Source: Microbotryum violaceum
Taxonomy: Eukaryota
Length of the DNA: 64,000 bases
Assembly (NCBI GenBank): GCA_001244265.2
Contig: CDLV01000005.1
Span: 2,666,001-2,730,000 of the forward strand
Direction of reading: 5' to 3'
The stretch's first letter is position 1, and every line of letters begins with the position of its first letter. Shown here one piece after another: positions 14,105 to 26,175 of this stretch. The position numbers were made by a program, and so were the translations under genes. The notes beneath the pieces were generated by a model. It made no database searches. It was given only the letters and a program-made list of their open reading frames with translations, and was not told where the DNA came from.

Positions 14105-15727
14105 TCATATCCCCTTCCTCTCCAGCACATGTTTCAACCTCGCCAACGCAATCGGCAACGCCTCCTCCGTTCTAACGGTCCTACTCCCCTGCCCCTCAAT
14201 GACATTGATCCAATGATCGAACAGATCCCCGGCTTCCTCGGCGCCGAGGTTTATGCGTGGGTCGGAGGCGATGACGAGTTCGAGTCCGGATAGAGGACCG
14301 AAAGTGAGGATCATGTGTCTAAAATTTCGTCAATAGGGAGAGAGTGTGTTTCGATTAGTGTGTGTGTTCTGCAAAGCGATAAAATGATGCTCGAACGCAC
14401 TGGAACTCCGGGATCTCGTCCAACACATCCTGGACACTGACACCCCTTTCACTAGTCCCGATGGAGAGGTCGTAGCCTCCTTCCGAGGCGTAAGGGCCCG
14501 GGGAGAATACGTGGGCGAGAGAAGGTGCGACTCGGACTGAGTATCCCCAGTAGAGACCTTGTTCAAGCGTTGGGGTGGAAGGGGAGATCAGATCAGCTTT
14601 GAAATGAGGAGCTCAGGAATGTCAGTGCTTTTGATCTGGATTTGAAGAAAGAGCAAGATGGACGGACCATACGATTGCTCGTCCTTGGGCATCCGTACCG
14701 TCACCCGACTGTTCAATTCAGGAATGACATCCAACTTGGTCGCATCGACATAAACCGGATCCCATAACCCAACATCGACTAACAAGGCGGACGCATCGAA
14801 GCCGTTTCTTCGTTTGTGGTTCGACGAAGAACCTTGCGTCGAAGAAGGTGCTTGGACGATGACGCCTTCTCGGTAAGGTGATTTGTCATCGCGCCTGAGA
14901 TGGTGGGGGAGGTCGAGAGGAGGGAGGAGACCTGCGATGCGTAAGGAAGGGTGGAGGGGGAAGAGCGCTCGTCGGAGGTATCTAAGGAAGCCGAACCAGG
15001 GCGTTAGCATTCAGACCCGACGAGAGGATGAATTTCCGAATAGGACGCACTGAGGTGTCTCGAGATACTCCAATATCCTCGCCAAGAACGTCGCCGGATC
15101 ATCCTCCCCCTCCTGTTGTGCCCCCCCACCCGAAGTCGAGTTTTCGGCCCCTTCCGTCGGATCCCTATATTTCCCTCTCGGTTTGTAGCTAGCATTTTGG
15201 GACCCCGAAGCCATGGGATTCGTATTCGTTGTTGTGGAGGGCAAATTATCGTTGTAGACGACGATCTCGGTGACGCAAAAGATGGCACACGTCCTTGCGA
15301 TCTGTCGAACGAGAAGAACTCTCTCTCAGTCAGTTTTTTTCGCCCGACGCGAGGTGTCCCACACCACGATGCGAAGTACTGACCTGCCCGACCAGCCAAG
15401 CCCTCAACTCCATAGTTTGAGCATTCAGTACGATGCTACTCGGCAATGCGATTGAAGTGGTCCAAGTGCGACTCTTCCCCTCGTGACCTTGCGCTCTGGC
15501 GGAAGGCTTCTCGGGGTGGTGCATCGCGATGAACGATGAGGCACCTGCTGATGTGGCGGAGGTGACATGTGAAGACGATTGAGAGGGTTGATGAGAATGG
15601 TTGCGCCTGGCCTGGGAGCGGAATATGGAAGATGGTCGGTCAGTGGAGTGAGTCGAGCGGAGGCAGAGTGGGGGGGAGATGGAACGCTCACTTTCTTTCC
15701 TGGTCGATTAGAGGCTGATGACGACAT
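14105..15727 (-). CDS. SPOUT1/C9orf114-like (DUF171) RNA methyltransferase
   Basis: TTSIALPSSIVLNAQTMELRAWLVGQ|IARTCAIFCVTEIVVY; FLARILEYLETPQ|YLRRALFPLHPSLRIAGLLPPLDLPHH..YREG; FDHWINVIEGQGSRTVRTEEAL. Confidence 0.9.
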
Positions 15728-15968
15728 GTTTTGGGGTAACTGGCAGCTACGGGATGAGGCGTACTCCTCTACGTTGCGGCACAACTACAGTGGGTGCTCG
15801 GAATCACGAGGGAAAGCCAAAGATGGTCGAACAGGATCGAGCCAAGTGCTGCCAAAGGATAAATGATCGGAGCTTATGCGAAGCAAGGCGAGCGCTCCAC
15901 ATGCCTTTCCTGACCGTTCTCGCGCATCATCTTGGCCCTCTAACGCCTTCCGTCGACCGCGAAACAAC

Positions 15969-16578
15969 ATGGCATCACGCTCCAGCTCTGCTTCGTCCCC
16001 AACGTCACCCACCGCATCCTCCTCCTCCTCCTCCAGGACATTCGCTTCGCTCGTCGAGGAGGAGCGACCGCTTCAAGCTGCATCGGTGGCGATGGAAGGT
16101 GGCATGCCGAGTTGCATCAAGCTGTTCGATCATTACCTCAGTTGCTACTGTGAGCTTCCGTAAACCATACTTCGGGTCATTGTCCCCGTGCTCGTGCTTG
16201 AAACCCTCTTCCTTTCGTTGTGCAGCTATCAATTCCCAAACTCGATCCCTCTACCGCCACGGAACGGTCAAGGATTGTTCCCCCCAGTTCAAAGAGTTCA
16301 AATTCTGTCTATCCTTGAAGGCACAAACTACCGAGGAAAGGGATGCGATTTGGGTGCAGCGGAGGAGTGAAATGTGGGCCCGGAGGAGGATGGAGAAGAA
16401 CTCGGAGGACGTGTGGGAGGCTAGAAAGTCAGTTCGGTTCACACACGCGGTGTTGCAACTTTTTTCCACTGGGACCCAATTTAGTGGTTACTGATTTATT
16501 CCTTGTTTGTGATTCAGAAATGTCTACGACGATTCCTCGGTTGACAAAGTCAAGGAATGGCTTGGCAACGCTCGGTGA
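15969..16578 (+). CDS. EMI1: Early meiotic induction protein 1-like (DUF3128), 3 exons
   Basis: PSCIKLFDHYLSCY|SINSQTRSLYRHGTVKDCSPQFKEFKFCLSLK...NSEDVWEARK|NVYDDSSVDKVKEWLGNAR*; twin CX9C and SEDVW signature. Confidence 0.8.
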
Positions 16579-17545
16579 CAAATCCCGGATGAAAGAAACG
16601 CTCAACGGCGAATAGCAATAGAAGTTGAAGTTAGTAGGACCTGCTTGTAGAACTCACACATATTGTCACCATCACCATCCTCACTCCGCTATTCTTTCAA
16701 GGTCCCCTGAGCGACTCGCACCAAAATCGAGCTTGATCTTTTCGTGGCGTAACTGCTGCACTTTCGTGGCCACGCCTGGCAATTGTGCCGAGCTACCCGA
16801 GGCCCGCATCGGCGGACTCGCTTCCCTCCTTCGGGCCCTTCTCGTCCAACACTTCTTACCGCTTACTCAACTTTTTTGGAGACATTTTGCCGCCGTTCGG
16901 CTCGCTCCGCAGGACCGAACTTGTACCGATCCTTCCACCTGGTGCCATTCGCAACGCCACTGAGGAAGAAGTAACAACTCGCCGCCGTACGCTCCCGTAC
17001 CACATGCCAAATGCTCAGGAGAGACGGAACACGCAATGCGCCGTTCATCCATTTGTCAGTGTCACGAGAATCACGGCGTGGTCGGAGTGATACCTTTTTG
17101 AGGTGGTTATGTAGCGCGTTAAGTTGTAAGGGGTTGCAGAGGCTTAGGGATGGGTCGACGAACCGACTTGATCCTCTTCCTGAGCTGGCGATTCCCGGAC
17201 GTTTTCTCCAGCATCCGTCGTTCGGGCTGCAAGAAGAAGAGGAAGTGACAATGCGCCAGCATCTCTCTCGACTCGAAGCCCCGACATATCTTGAACACTG
17301 CAGGCCCGACCACGTGTTCCCTGTTCCGAACTTGTGTGAGCGAGCTGGAAGAAAGAACTCGGTTTGGTCGTGACGACAAAGGCTTTGGTTTGAAGTAGAA
17401 ATCACCCCTAGGGGATCGTGAAGTGTATTTCGAATCTTCTTTCGATTTTCATCCTCGTCTACCTCAAGCCTTGAAAGTCACATCTTTGCGAGATCACCTC
17501 GTTCGGTACCGTCCGAACCGTCTCAGACCTATCTGCCCCGAATAT

Positions 17546-19610
17546 TCACTTGTTGTTGGTCGGTACATAAGGCGTGATGAGCATGTTGCTGAACCTGAGG
17601 GTAGATGAGGAGGAAAAAAATTAAGGATGAGTTTCTTGAACGGCGAGCAGAGTGCCCTTTTTATACAAGACATACTGCTTGAGCGAATCGGTCCCTCGTA
17701 CTTCCTCGGACAAGAGGGGCATCTTGACGATGTGGAAGTCCTGCAGGGTCAATAAAACCAAAACGCCCCATCGTCAGCTTTGAAACTTTTGTAATCTGAA
17801 GTCGCAGAGAGTCCAACGTACCTCGCCATAAAGCTCGTACGCTTCCTTGAGGTACTTTTGCTGCTGCTTCCACCGGATGTTGCAGTGCTTGCACGTCGAG
17901 CCTGTACGCCCTCACTCGTGGTCAACTCGCCTGGGAACGCTGTACACCAATCAGCGCAACGTACCGGCATCGGGCCACAGCAGTTGGTTCACGACGATGG
18001 CGTGGACATCGATTTGATAGGTCGTCAGTTCCTAGACAGGTCACGAGGAAAGGATGAAAGATCAGTTGCTTTCTTTGCCGGTGCTTCCATTTGAGATGAC
18101 CTACCTGGATCAATCGCTCAGTCTCGTATAGCGACAAGAACTCGGAGACTGTGGCAAGACACCATAGAGACTACCCTGTCAGCGTCCAATCGTCCAATAC
18201 CAATCCTGTTCTGTGCTCGAAGGCACCCCGCCTTCGAACTCAACTCATGACGGGGACAAAGGTTGTCAGATCGGGGTTCTTGAACTGCTGGTTGACCTCG
18301 GTAACGACGAGGCGCATCGACTCGAGCTTCTCAAACATCTCGCCCGTGTTGACACCTGCGCCCATCATCGACGAGACCTACAAGAGATGCGGGGTCTGGT
18401 CAGCCGGATACTGTTTCGTTTTCTAACACCCTAAACCCTCCCCCACCTCAGCGCCCACATCCTACATTCTCGCCGCTCGTCTTTCACTCCTTTCACGATC
18501 TCAGAATGATCAACGAACCTGGTTGAGCATGGGCCCGAATCGACCCGAAAGCGTCGACAGCTTGGCCAAGGCTTTCTCCAAGACGGAAGGGAACGACAAG
18601 AAGCGCAAGGTGTGACCGGTCGGGGCCGTGTCGAAGACGATGACGGAGAACTCCATCGATTTGACGTGCCTATCGTGAGACTGGGGATCAGTATCTGAGG
18701 AGAATGAGGTTCGCGGTGTCAGGGGGCCAGCAAGCTCTTACTTCATCACTTCGGCGAAACCCATGGCCTCGTCGATACCGGGGATAGCGAAGGCCAGATC
18801 CTGCATCATGCCTTGCATACCGCTCGAATCCGTTTCGCCTGTGGACCCCAACAGATTCCACTTCAGCTCAGCTTCTCTCCGATGACACATCCAAGCCTAA
18901 TGCAATGTACTGACCTGCCTCGACCATGTCCTGCATCGAAGCGGAGGGGTCGATCTCCATAGCGCTGAGGTTCGTGAAGCCATTGACACGAGTCGCCTCC
19001 TTGCCAAATTTCTGGGAGAAGGCATCCGACAAGTTGTGGGCGGGGTCGGTCGAGCTGTTGTGAAGGGACATGCACGAGGGTGAGCACGTAAGGGAGGAAG
19101 AGGGGGGCTGGTGCAGCGTACATGAGGAGCACTGATTCTCGGTGCTGGGCGAGTTGTATTGCCAACGAGCACGAAGTTGTCGTCTTTCCGACACCACCTG
19201 CGCATGTGGTGAAGCCGATTCCCGGTCAGTTCGTCGTGGTGCAAGCGGCGACGTGTGCGCTCGAGCTGCTCCGGCTTTCTCCACGCACCTTTACCACCCA
19301 CAAAGATCCACCTGGCCACGTCAAGAACAGATCGATCGAGGTCAGCAAAGGTCTGTGCGGCCAATGCAGTCCCGACAGGCCACGCCAGCAGCTCCGGTTG
19401 GCTCTGCCGGCGGCGCTGATCAACTCGGTCACACCCCCACTGACTTGAGTGATTCTGTTCGAGGAGGAACGAGTCAGCAGACAGCATTTACTTTGAACAG
19501 CAGGTTCAATCTGAATACTACTGACCCTGGTCGATGATGTTTTGCAAGTTGGCTGGCAAAGCGTCGCCCTCGGGTTCGGCGCAGATGTAGGTCATTTGGG
19601 ACGACGACAT
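17546..19610 (-). CDS. GET3: ATPase GET3/ASNA1 (tail-anchored protein targeting), about 12 exons
   Basis: Spliced: [109 protein letters not shown]. Confidence 0.95.
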
Positions 19611-20269
19611 GTCTAGGTTACTGTGGGAGGAGTGAAGAATGTGATGAGCTTCAAGTTGCACGTTGGCGTTGCTGTCTGACGTGAGGCTGACCTGTGCAAC
19701 CCAGAGCAAGGGATACGGTCAGAGCAAGCGCAAAAAGCAAGCGCGCCTCCGTGTGGGGCTGCTGCTCAGCGCTCAGCTAATGAATTCGAAATGAGCCGGT
19801 GCAGTGGGTGGTGCGACTTTCAGGCGAGTCAGTGTGAACCCAGCCCAAGTCAATTTGCACAAAATAAAATCATGTCGAATAATATTCACCCGCGACGACT
19901 AAAGTGTGCAACCACTTATGATGCGGAAAAGACTATTACGGCCGCCGCCAAGCTCCAAGCTCCAAGGGCCTAGTATTAGCCGAACCTAGTTAAAGCTTAA
20001 TCAGTAGAGCGCTCGACCCGAGCTTAAATTCGCGAGTCGAGACCGAGCTGTCACAACCTCTGCCATACTGCTGCTACCACACGCCTCCAAGCCACGACCG
20101 CGACCCACAACGGCACCCGCAATCACTGCAGCCAGAGCCCCCACTGTCTCACCCTCCATACCCAGACCGCAACAGGTTCAGGAGCATCGGTCCCGGCCAG
20201 TCCCCTCCCCAGGCCGAGCCGAGCCCCCACGTCACCGCCTTCTATCGATTACGGGGCAAGCCATCAGCG

Positions 20270-21562
20270 ATGCGCCTCTGCGTAGCCTCAACCGCACTCG
20301 CTGCAGTGGTCGCAACATCCTTCCTCCCTTCAACCTGCGCACAGTCAACCACCAACATCACTTTCTCGAACCTGAACACTCCCTACAACCCGAGCGCGAT
20401 CAACCTCGATACGGGAGCGAATCTGACGACCACGCTCAAGGCCGTATGGACCCGCAACCAGTCTCAGGGGGTGTTCAATGTGCGTGAAACACATTCCCTA
20501 CGCAAATCATTGCTTTTGGTTCACCTCTCCGCGCTTTGCTTTCAACAGGACGGGCTCAAGTTGCTCGCGGGCGAGGTGTCGGGCGCCACGCTCTATGTCA
20601 GTCACCAGTACCTCCTCTCGCCCCCACTGATCTTCTCCCATTCGCCACATCCTCGAACTGCATTGCGCTGACCACAACCACATATCTCAACACAGGGCGC
20701 GCTCTTGCGTCTCGATGCAAGCTCCTACATTGATATAAATTCGACCTCCGAGATCCCCTTTGTCGCGCTCGTGTCGTGCGATCAACCCGAGACGACCACG
20801 GCATCGACAGACTCTTCCACCTTGAACCCCAACGCGAGCATGTCCATCTTTGACGCTGCAGCAAATCTTGGGGCCCAAGCCGTCATTCTCTACTCGAGCG
20901 AGAGCCAGGTTCGTGCAACAAAAGTGGATGTAGTATCAGGTATCCTTCGATCGTCAAGCTGACTTCTTTGAAAGACCAACCATAACACAGTCTTGCATTC
21001 TCAACGTGACGAACAACTCGACTCTAGCACTGCCGGTCTACTCTCTTCCTTCACAAGCCTCGACAAACATGTTGTTGCAGCAATACAAGTGAGCTTCACC
21101 GATCCAGAACACGATAGGAGCCCTCGCATGCAGCGAACGAGCAGTAGTTGACACCCCTCCCCTCCTTTTCCCAACAGCTACATCGCCGATACCTACCAAA
21201 CCTTCAACTCGACCGCCCTAGCCGAATTGACAGGGCCCTCCTCCCCCCTCGTATCGTCGAACTCGTCCCAGCCTGTCCAATTCCTCGTGGCCGTCATCAC
21301 CTCGAACCAAACTTTCGAGAACACCTCCCCCATCGTCGCAACGATAGGAAGTGTAGTACCTGCCGCTTCACCGACGACGACGACGACGAAGGGGCCCGCG
21401 TCCACGACGGGTACGACCCCTACGACGACGACGAAAGGTGCGGATGGGACTTCTTCAACACCTAGTTCGACGCCGAAGTCTAGTGCGGGCAAGGTTGAGC
21501 TTGGGGGGATCGTATTGTCTATTCTAGGCGGTCTTACGCTTTTGGCGCAGTCTATGATGTAA
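20270..21562 (+). CDS. Secreted PA (protease-associated)-domain-like protein with Thr-rich stalk and GPI-like hydrophobic C-terminus
   Basis: Signal peptide MRLCVASTALAAVVATSFLPSTCA; IPFVALVSCD..IFDAAANLGAQAVILYSSESQ|SCILN; T-rich PTTTTTKG repeats; SSAGKVELGGIVLSILGGLTLLAQSMM*. Confidence 0.75.
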
Positions 21563-21599
21563 TTTGCACGAAACCTTGCAGGTCCCTCGATTTCATTTC

Positions 21600-22152
21600 C
21601 GCTTGGCGACTTACTTCTGTGAGGGACCTCACCTTCTCTCCTTGGGTCCTTGGCATCGCTCCATCGAGGTATACCACTCGCGTCTCCGATCAACGTCCAC
21701 GCCCACAATCGGGTCCCAATCTTGCGTGATATGCCTCACGAACGCGCACCCGAGTAGTACCGCAAATTTTTCGATGGCTGCTGTTTTGCCCGTCGTCTTT
21801 GGGTTGCTCTTTCTCCGGCCCTTATTACACATCGCCTTTCCGGACTTTGTGCGCATCTTCTTCTTACATTCGATCTGAAAGCTTTTTCGTCGCGGCGGAT
21901 TCTGGTCAGAAACCTTTAGAACCGATCAACGAAAAGGAAGCTCGAGGATCTTCAGAGGGTCGTCTCGTACCTCTGTAACACGACCCAGGGGGGCTTTCAG
22001 AGTGATGTGGTCGTTACAGGCCCACTGCAAGGTCAATGAGTACTGTGCACTAATTAGTGTGCCTAACTTGAATCTGCTCCGACTTTTTCAGAAGGTCTCT
22101 AAGCGTTAATGTAGTTATGCTGTTATTGGAATCTATGAAATTCAGAAAATAG
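21600..22152 (+). mobile_element. Degenerate 5'-truncated non-LTR retrotransposon (LINE) 3' end, copy 2
   Basis: Translates SCVICLTNAH..RIFFLHSI*KLFRR, homologous to SCVMCLSEA..RVLFFHSIWKLCRR at 46.6-46.8 kb; 3' UTR (ggtcaatgag...ctccgacttt...ttatgctgtta) aligns by eye to 46957-47080. Confidence 0.75.
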
Positions 22153-25100
22153 GTGCTTCTGACGTGGACATCACCTCCCGGTGGCAGTGGGTGAGTAAAA
22201 TTCTCGTGATTGCACTCGCACTCGGGCTTCTCCCACGAACTTAGGTATATACAAGCATCAAAACCCTCCATCTTTTTCGAAAGGCGAGGAGTGCCTATGA
22301 CCCGGAGATTCATCTAGTTGTGAAAGGCCCGAGGTACCTAAGTTTCTGGCTTTGAGGGGGGGGGGGGTTGGGTTTGGTTGGGTTGGACACAAAAGGCGTC
22401 GGATCGGACTCAAGTCAATTTCGACGGGCCAAGTCACATGATGTGACGTCGAACAGGGAAGGCAAAATCATTTTGTAAAGAAGCTTCACGGCTACAGTAA
22501 AGTAACGTAGGTAGGTCCAATCCATTCAAACAGATTTACCTTGAAAGCTTGAAGTCGTTTTTATGTTTGATGCGATAAGAACATGCCACTCGGACTCTTC
22601 GGCACATGTACAAGCGTTTGGCAGTTCCTGAGCGTCCGGGGAGGAATGCGGTGAATTGCGCAGTGGCAACTCGGCACCATACCGGGCCGCCGGGCGACGA
22701 GGGGATTAAAGCGGCTTTTTTAAAAGTCGAAAATGCTAACTGATGCTGATCGGACTTTTGTGGCGCCACGTATCATACCTCCCATATACAGTTCAACTCT
22801 GTCCAATGAATAGCAACGATTCGCGAGGGACTTGTCATTTTGCAAGGGGTGCTTTCGGACATCGCTTCTTGGCGAGAGGATTTGTTCAATTTGGAGAAGC
22901 ACCAAAGCGGGTCTCAAAATGGCTTTCGAGGTGGGTGGTAATAGGCGACGGTTTGGCATTACGATCTCTTGCCACGGCAGGATGGAGAAAATGCTGAATT
23001 GAGTGACATCTACAGGGGAAAGAAGAAAGGGGTAACGGATTGAGAAGTTGGGGCACTGCACGAATTTCGCTGGTGCGAGGCAAGGCAGGAAACAAATTCA
23101 TTGTACTACCGTAGCAGCAAGGAGCGAAGAGGTAATTTTGGGGGCACAGCACGGAAGGAGGCACATCTTTCGGAGGATGGGGGTAGGGAGATCCCCGACG
23201 ACAGCGATGGGTTACCTGGCGGTTCGGTCGTGTGTTGCGCCGCGCGGTCGGCGAAGCGCTGGTTTGGTATTCGGGGTCCGATGACTTCATCTGGCGGTAC
23301 GAGACGAGCTCGCTACACACCGCCCTGGTCGAGTCGCCTGCACGTCTGGTGAGTCGCGTGAGTTGGCCGTCCAGAGGAATTTGCCGGGTGCCTGACTTCG
23401 AGCGTGGGGTAACTTTCACTCGGAAGCCGCGGCCCAGGCCGGAGACTATATACGAACCAGGTTCGATCGCTCTCTCTGGCCTCTCTGTCTCTGAAAGCTC
23501 TTCCACGCGCGTCGGCCCTCGGGTGCATGGCAAAACCTTCGTTAGCGCGCTCTCTCCGCAACGCAGCGGCGGCGACTCGATGAAATCCATGGACCAAAAG
23601 TTCGCAACGTCCGAATCCATTTAGGGCCATTAGCACTAGCGTCGATCCGTGGTGCAACACCCCTAGCACTGTCGGATTCCACTTCACTTCATTAAAGGAA
23701 GCGGCTTGGCATGCGTAGCTTGTCAGGGGGTTCTGCTGCTCAGAGCTCGAGGACCTTTTTTTCCTGCCCCTCCGTAGTTTTTTTGCTTCTTCCCCTGGGA
23801 ATCGACCTTGAGCTACCAGGGCTACTAGGATTTGCTCAATCTCCTGTGCCTGCTACATTTGAGTTTGAAGCCGGATCTGAGACAAGGAATTCGCAACGCG
23901 GACTGCGCAGAGCCGAAATGAGCAGTGCGCGGGGGTTGGGTGTTGGGCCCTTTTGAAACTCAAAACGACATCGCAGTTGGTAGCAGCCGAGCTGATTTGC
24001 TGGGGAAGCCGAAGGATCCATCGGGGTCCGTTGGCGAAAGGATCTTCAGAGCACCAGGCGCGCGCGCGCGCGCAATGACTCAGATCAACGTCCTGCCTTC
24101 CTAAACGAGCATCTGCGTAAATGATGTCCGCTTCTCTCGAAAGCCAAGGCTCAGATACATCTTGCAAGGTACGTTCACTTTACGATCTCGGTACATTAGG
24201 CATGAAGACACAGCTAATACCCCTTCTCAACACGGCTACTGCACCATTTCCCCGATCCTCCGCCCCCAGCTTCTGGGCACATGGATCCGGGTTGGTTCTG
24301 TGCAAAACGTTAATGAGTTTCACGTGGGGGGTCCACAATAATGCCAGGCACCACGCGTAGAGAGTTCTTCGGACGCCCGACCATAGAAGGTGATCGATGA
24401 CGAGGAGTCGGTGACGATCTCTTCCTTCCCGAGAACCTCTCTGGCACTTTTGGTTCGGTCGGATTGGCTCGGTCGGGAGGTACTCTCTCTTGCTCAATTA
24501 TGAAAGTTGTTTTGCACTTCAGAATTTGGCAAGCCTGCAAATACCAAGCGACATGTCGTGCTTGCATTAAACGAAAGCGCCGCGCCGCCGGTTGTCGCCC
24601 TGGAAATAACCGAGGGTCTCGTCTGTCTAATTGCTTGAATTGCTTGGACCTCTTGCCCCATCACTTTGGGCGTATGAGACAAAGATCACTCTCGGAACCA
24701 AGAGACCTGCAAAATGTAATAACAGTAAGGCAATAGGGATGTGTTAGATTATATGTAAGGTGCCTAACGGCGAATGTCAAGCACGATCCGGAACTCCGAG
24801 GAGGCCGAGAGCAGCGGAGATGACTCTTTTTGGGCGAGTGCCAGCGACGCATTTCACTGCTATTCTTTACAAGTGCAAAGGAGAGGTAGGGTCCTGGTAC
24901 GAACAGGTAGATGGGTACCTTCTCTGTTCGAATAAGCAAAAATGGGAAATGTCCGAGAGGAAGATTCAGAGCACTCGCAACCCCATGCAGAGGCCGATGT
25001 CGATCATTTGGCGGGGTGCCTTGATGAATTCTGACCCTGCGCGCAGAGGACGTGGGGTGATCAAACGGCTGATCATGGACACCCCCAGGACTGCGTCTGC

Positions 25101-26175
25101 GGCGCGGCGCCGCCCAGGGCAGGCCTGCCAGCACGGAGCAAGCTGCCCCGGCCAAGTTCCCAATAGAGTTCTGGTCGGATGCCCTGATCAGGGAAGTTTG
25201 TACCCACAGCACCGACCCGCGCATCATCATTATCCGACGGGGTTAATCCAGAATCTCCGCTCTGCTGCGAGGAACTGGCTTCTCCTCAATTGAACCCTCA
25301 ACTCAAAATCGCTTGTCTCACCCGCTCTCATCCTTCCGTTCGAACCTACCTTTTCGACGTCGACATCATCGGCATCCCATTGCGCACTCAAGCTCTTTGA
25401 TCGCTCTTTCCCTCCCGTGATCTCCGCAGTGGCCGTTACATCGGAACCCTTCGTGTCCTTTCTCCTTCCACCAACCACTGCATCGACGTACTCCACCCAC
25501 AGCACGGGAGGTCGCCAGCGGAATCCGACATCCACGTGACTCCCGCAAAGCCTCGAGTTTGGGACTTCGCCGATCCTATTTCAGGGGCAAGAAGCTCCTT
25601 TTGATCGAGTCCGCGCCCAATTGATCGCCCCGAGCGCGATCGCACGCCCCCCACGTCGTTCGTGCGCACCCCCATCGCCCGTCGCTCACCGGTCACCTTC
25701 GCGCCCCCGTCTCTCTCGCGCGTGCGCAGCCCCCACGCGCCTCGTCCGAATCGCGACCTCTGCATATCTCTACCCGAGTCCGACGTTGGCCGCGTGCCGA
25801 CTTCCTTCCTAGCTTCACGGACAGTTGCGATCTCAGGTTGATCCCGACTGCTACAAGACCATCACCGTCAACGAAGTTCGTCTCCTTATCGCACACACAC
25901 CACCGTAGGTCGGTACAGACCATCTCGAACGAACCGACTCGGACCGACAACCTCCCTGAGACGGAGCGCCAGTTCATTCGCAGCGCCAGAGCCGGGCCTT
26001 CCTCTCTCTCGGCAATCACTCGACGCGCACTTCTCCCTCGAACTCTCGTCATTTCTGATCGCGGAAAGGACCATTCTCGACGGAGAGCCTCGACCATACC
26101 ACCGGGCACGTTACCTGATTCCTTCGAGCTCCCTTTTCAATTTCATCGACCCACCCTGTACTTCCAATCATCATC

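Noticed and set aside
16680-17500. 180-aa minus-strand ORF between EMI1 and GET3
   Set aside because: No credible ATG or family motif; could be a relic but unsupported
21974-22018. TGTAAC...GTTACA mini inverted repeat resembling a tiny LTR
   Set aside because: It aligns with the stop-codon/3' UTR region of the LINE copy at ~46.9 kb, so it is part of the LINE remnant
22356-22390. G12 run followed by TTGG(G) repeats (telomere or G-quadruplex-like)
   Set aside because: Too short and not TTAGGG; simple low-complexity sequence
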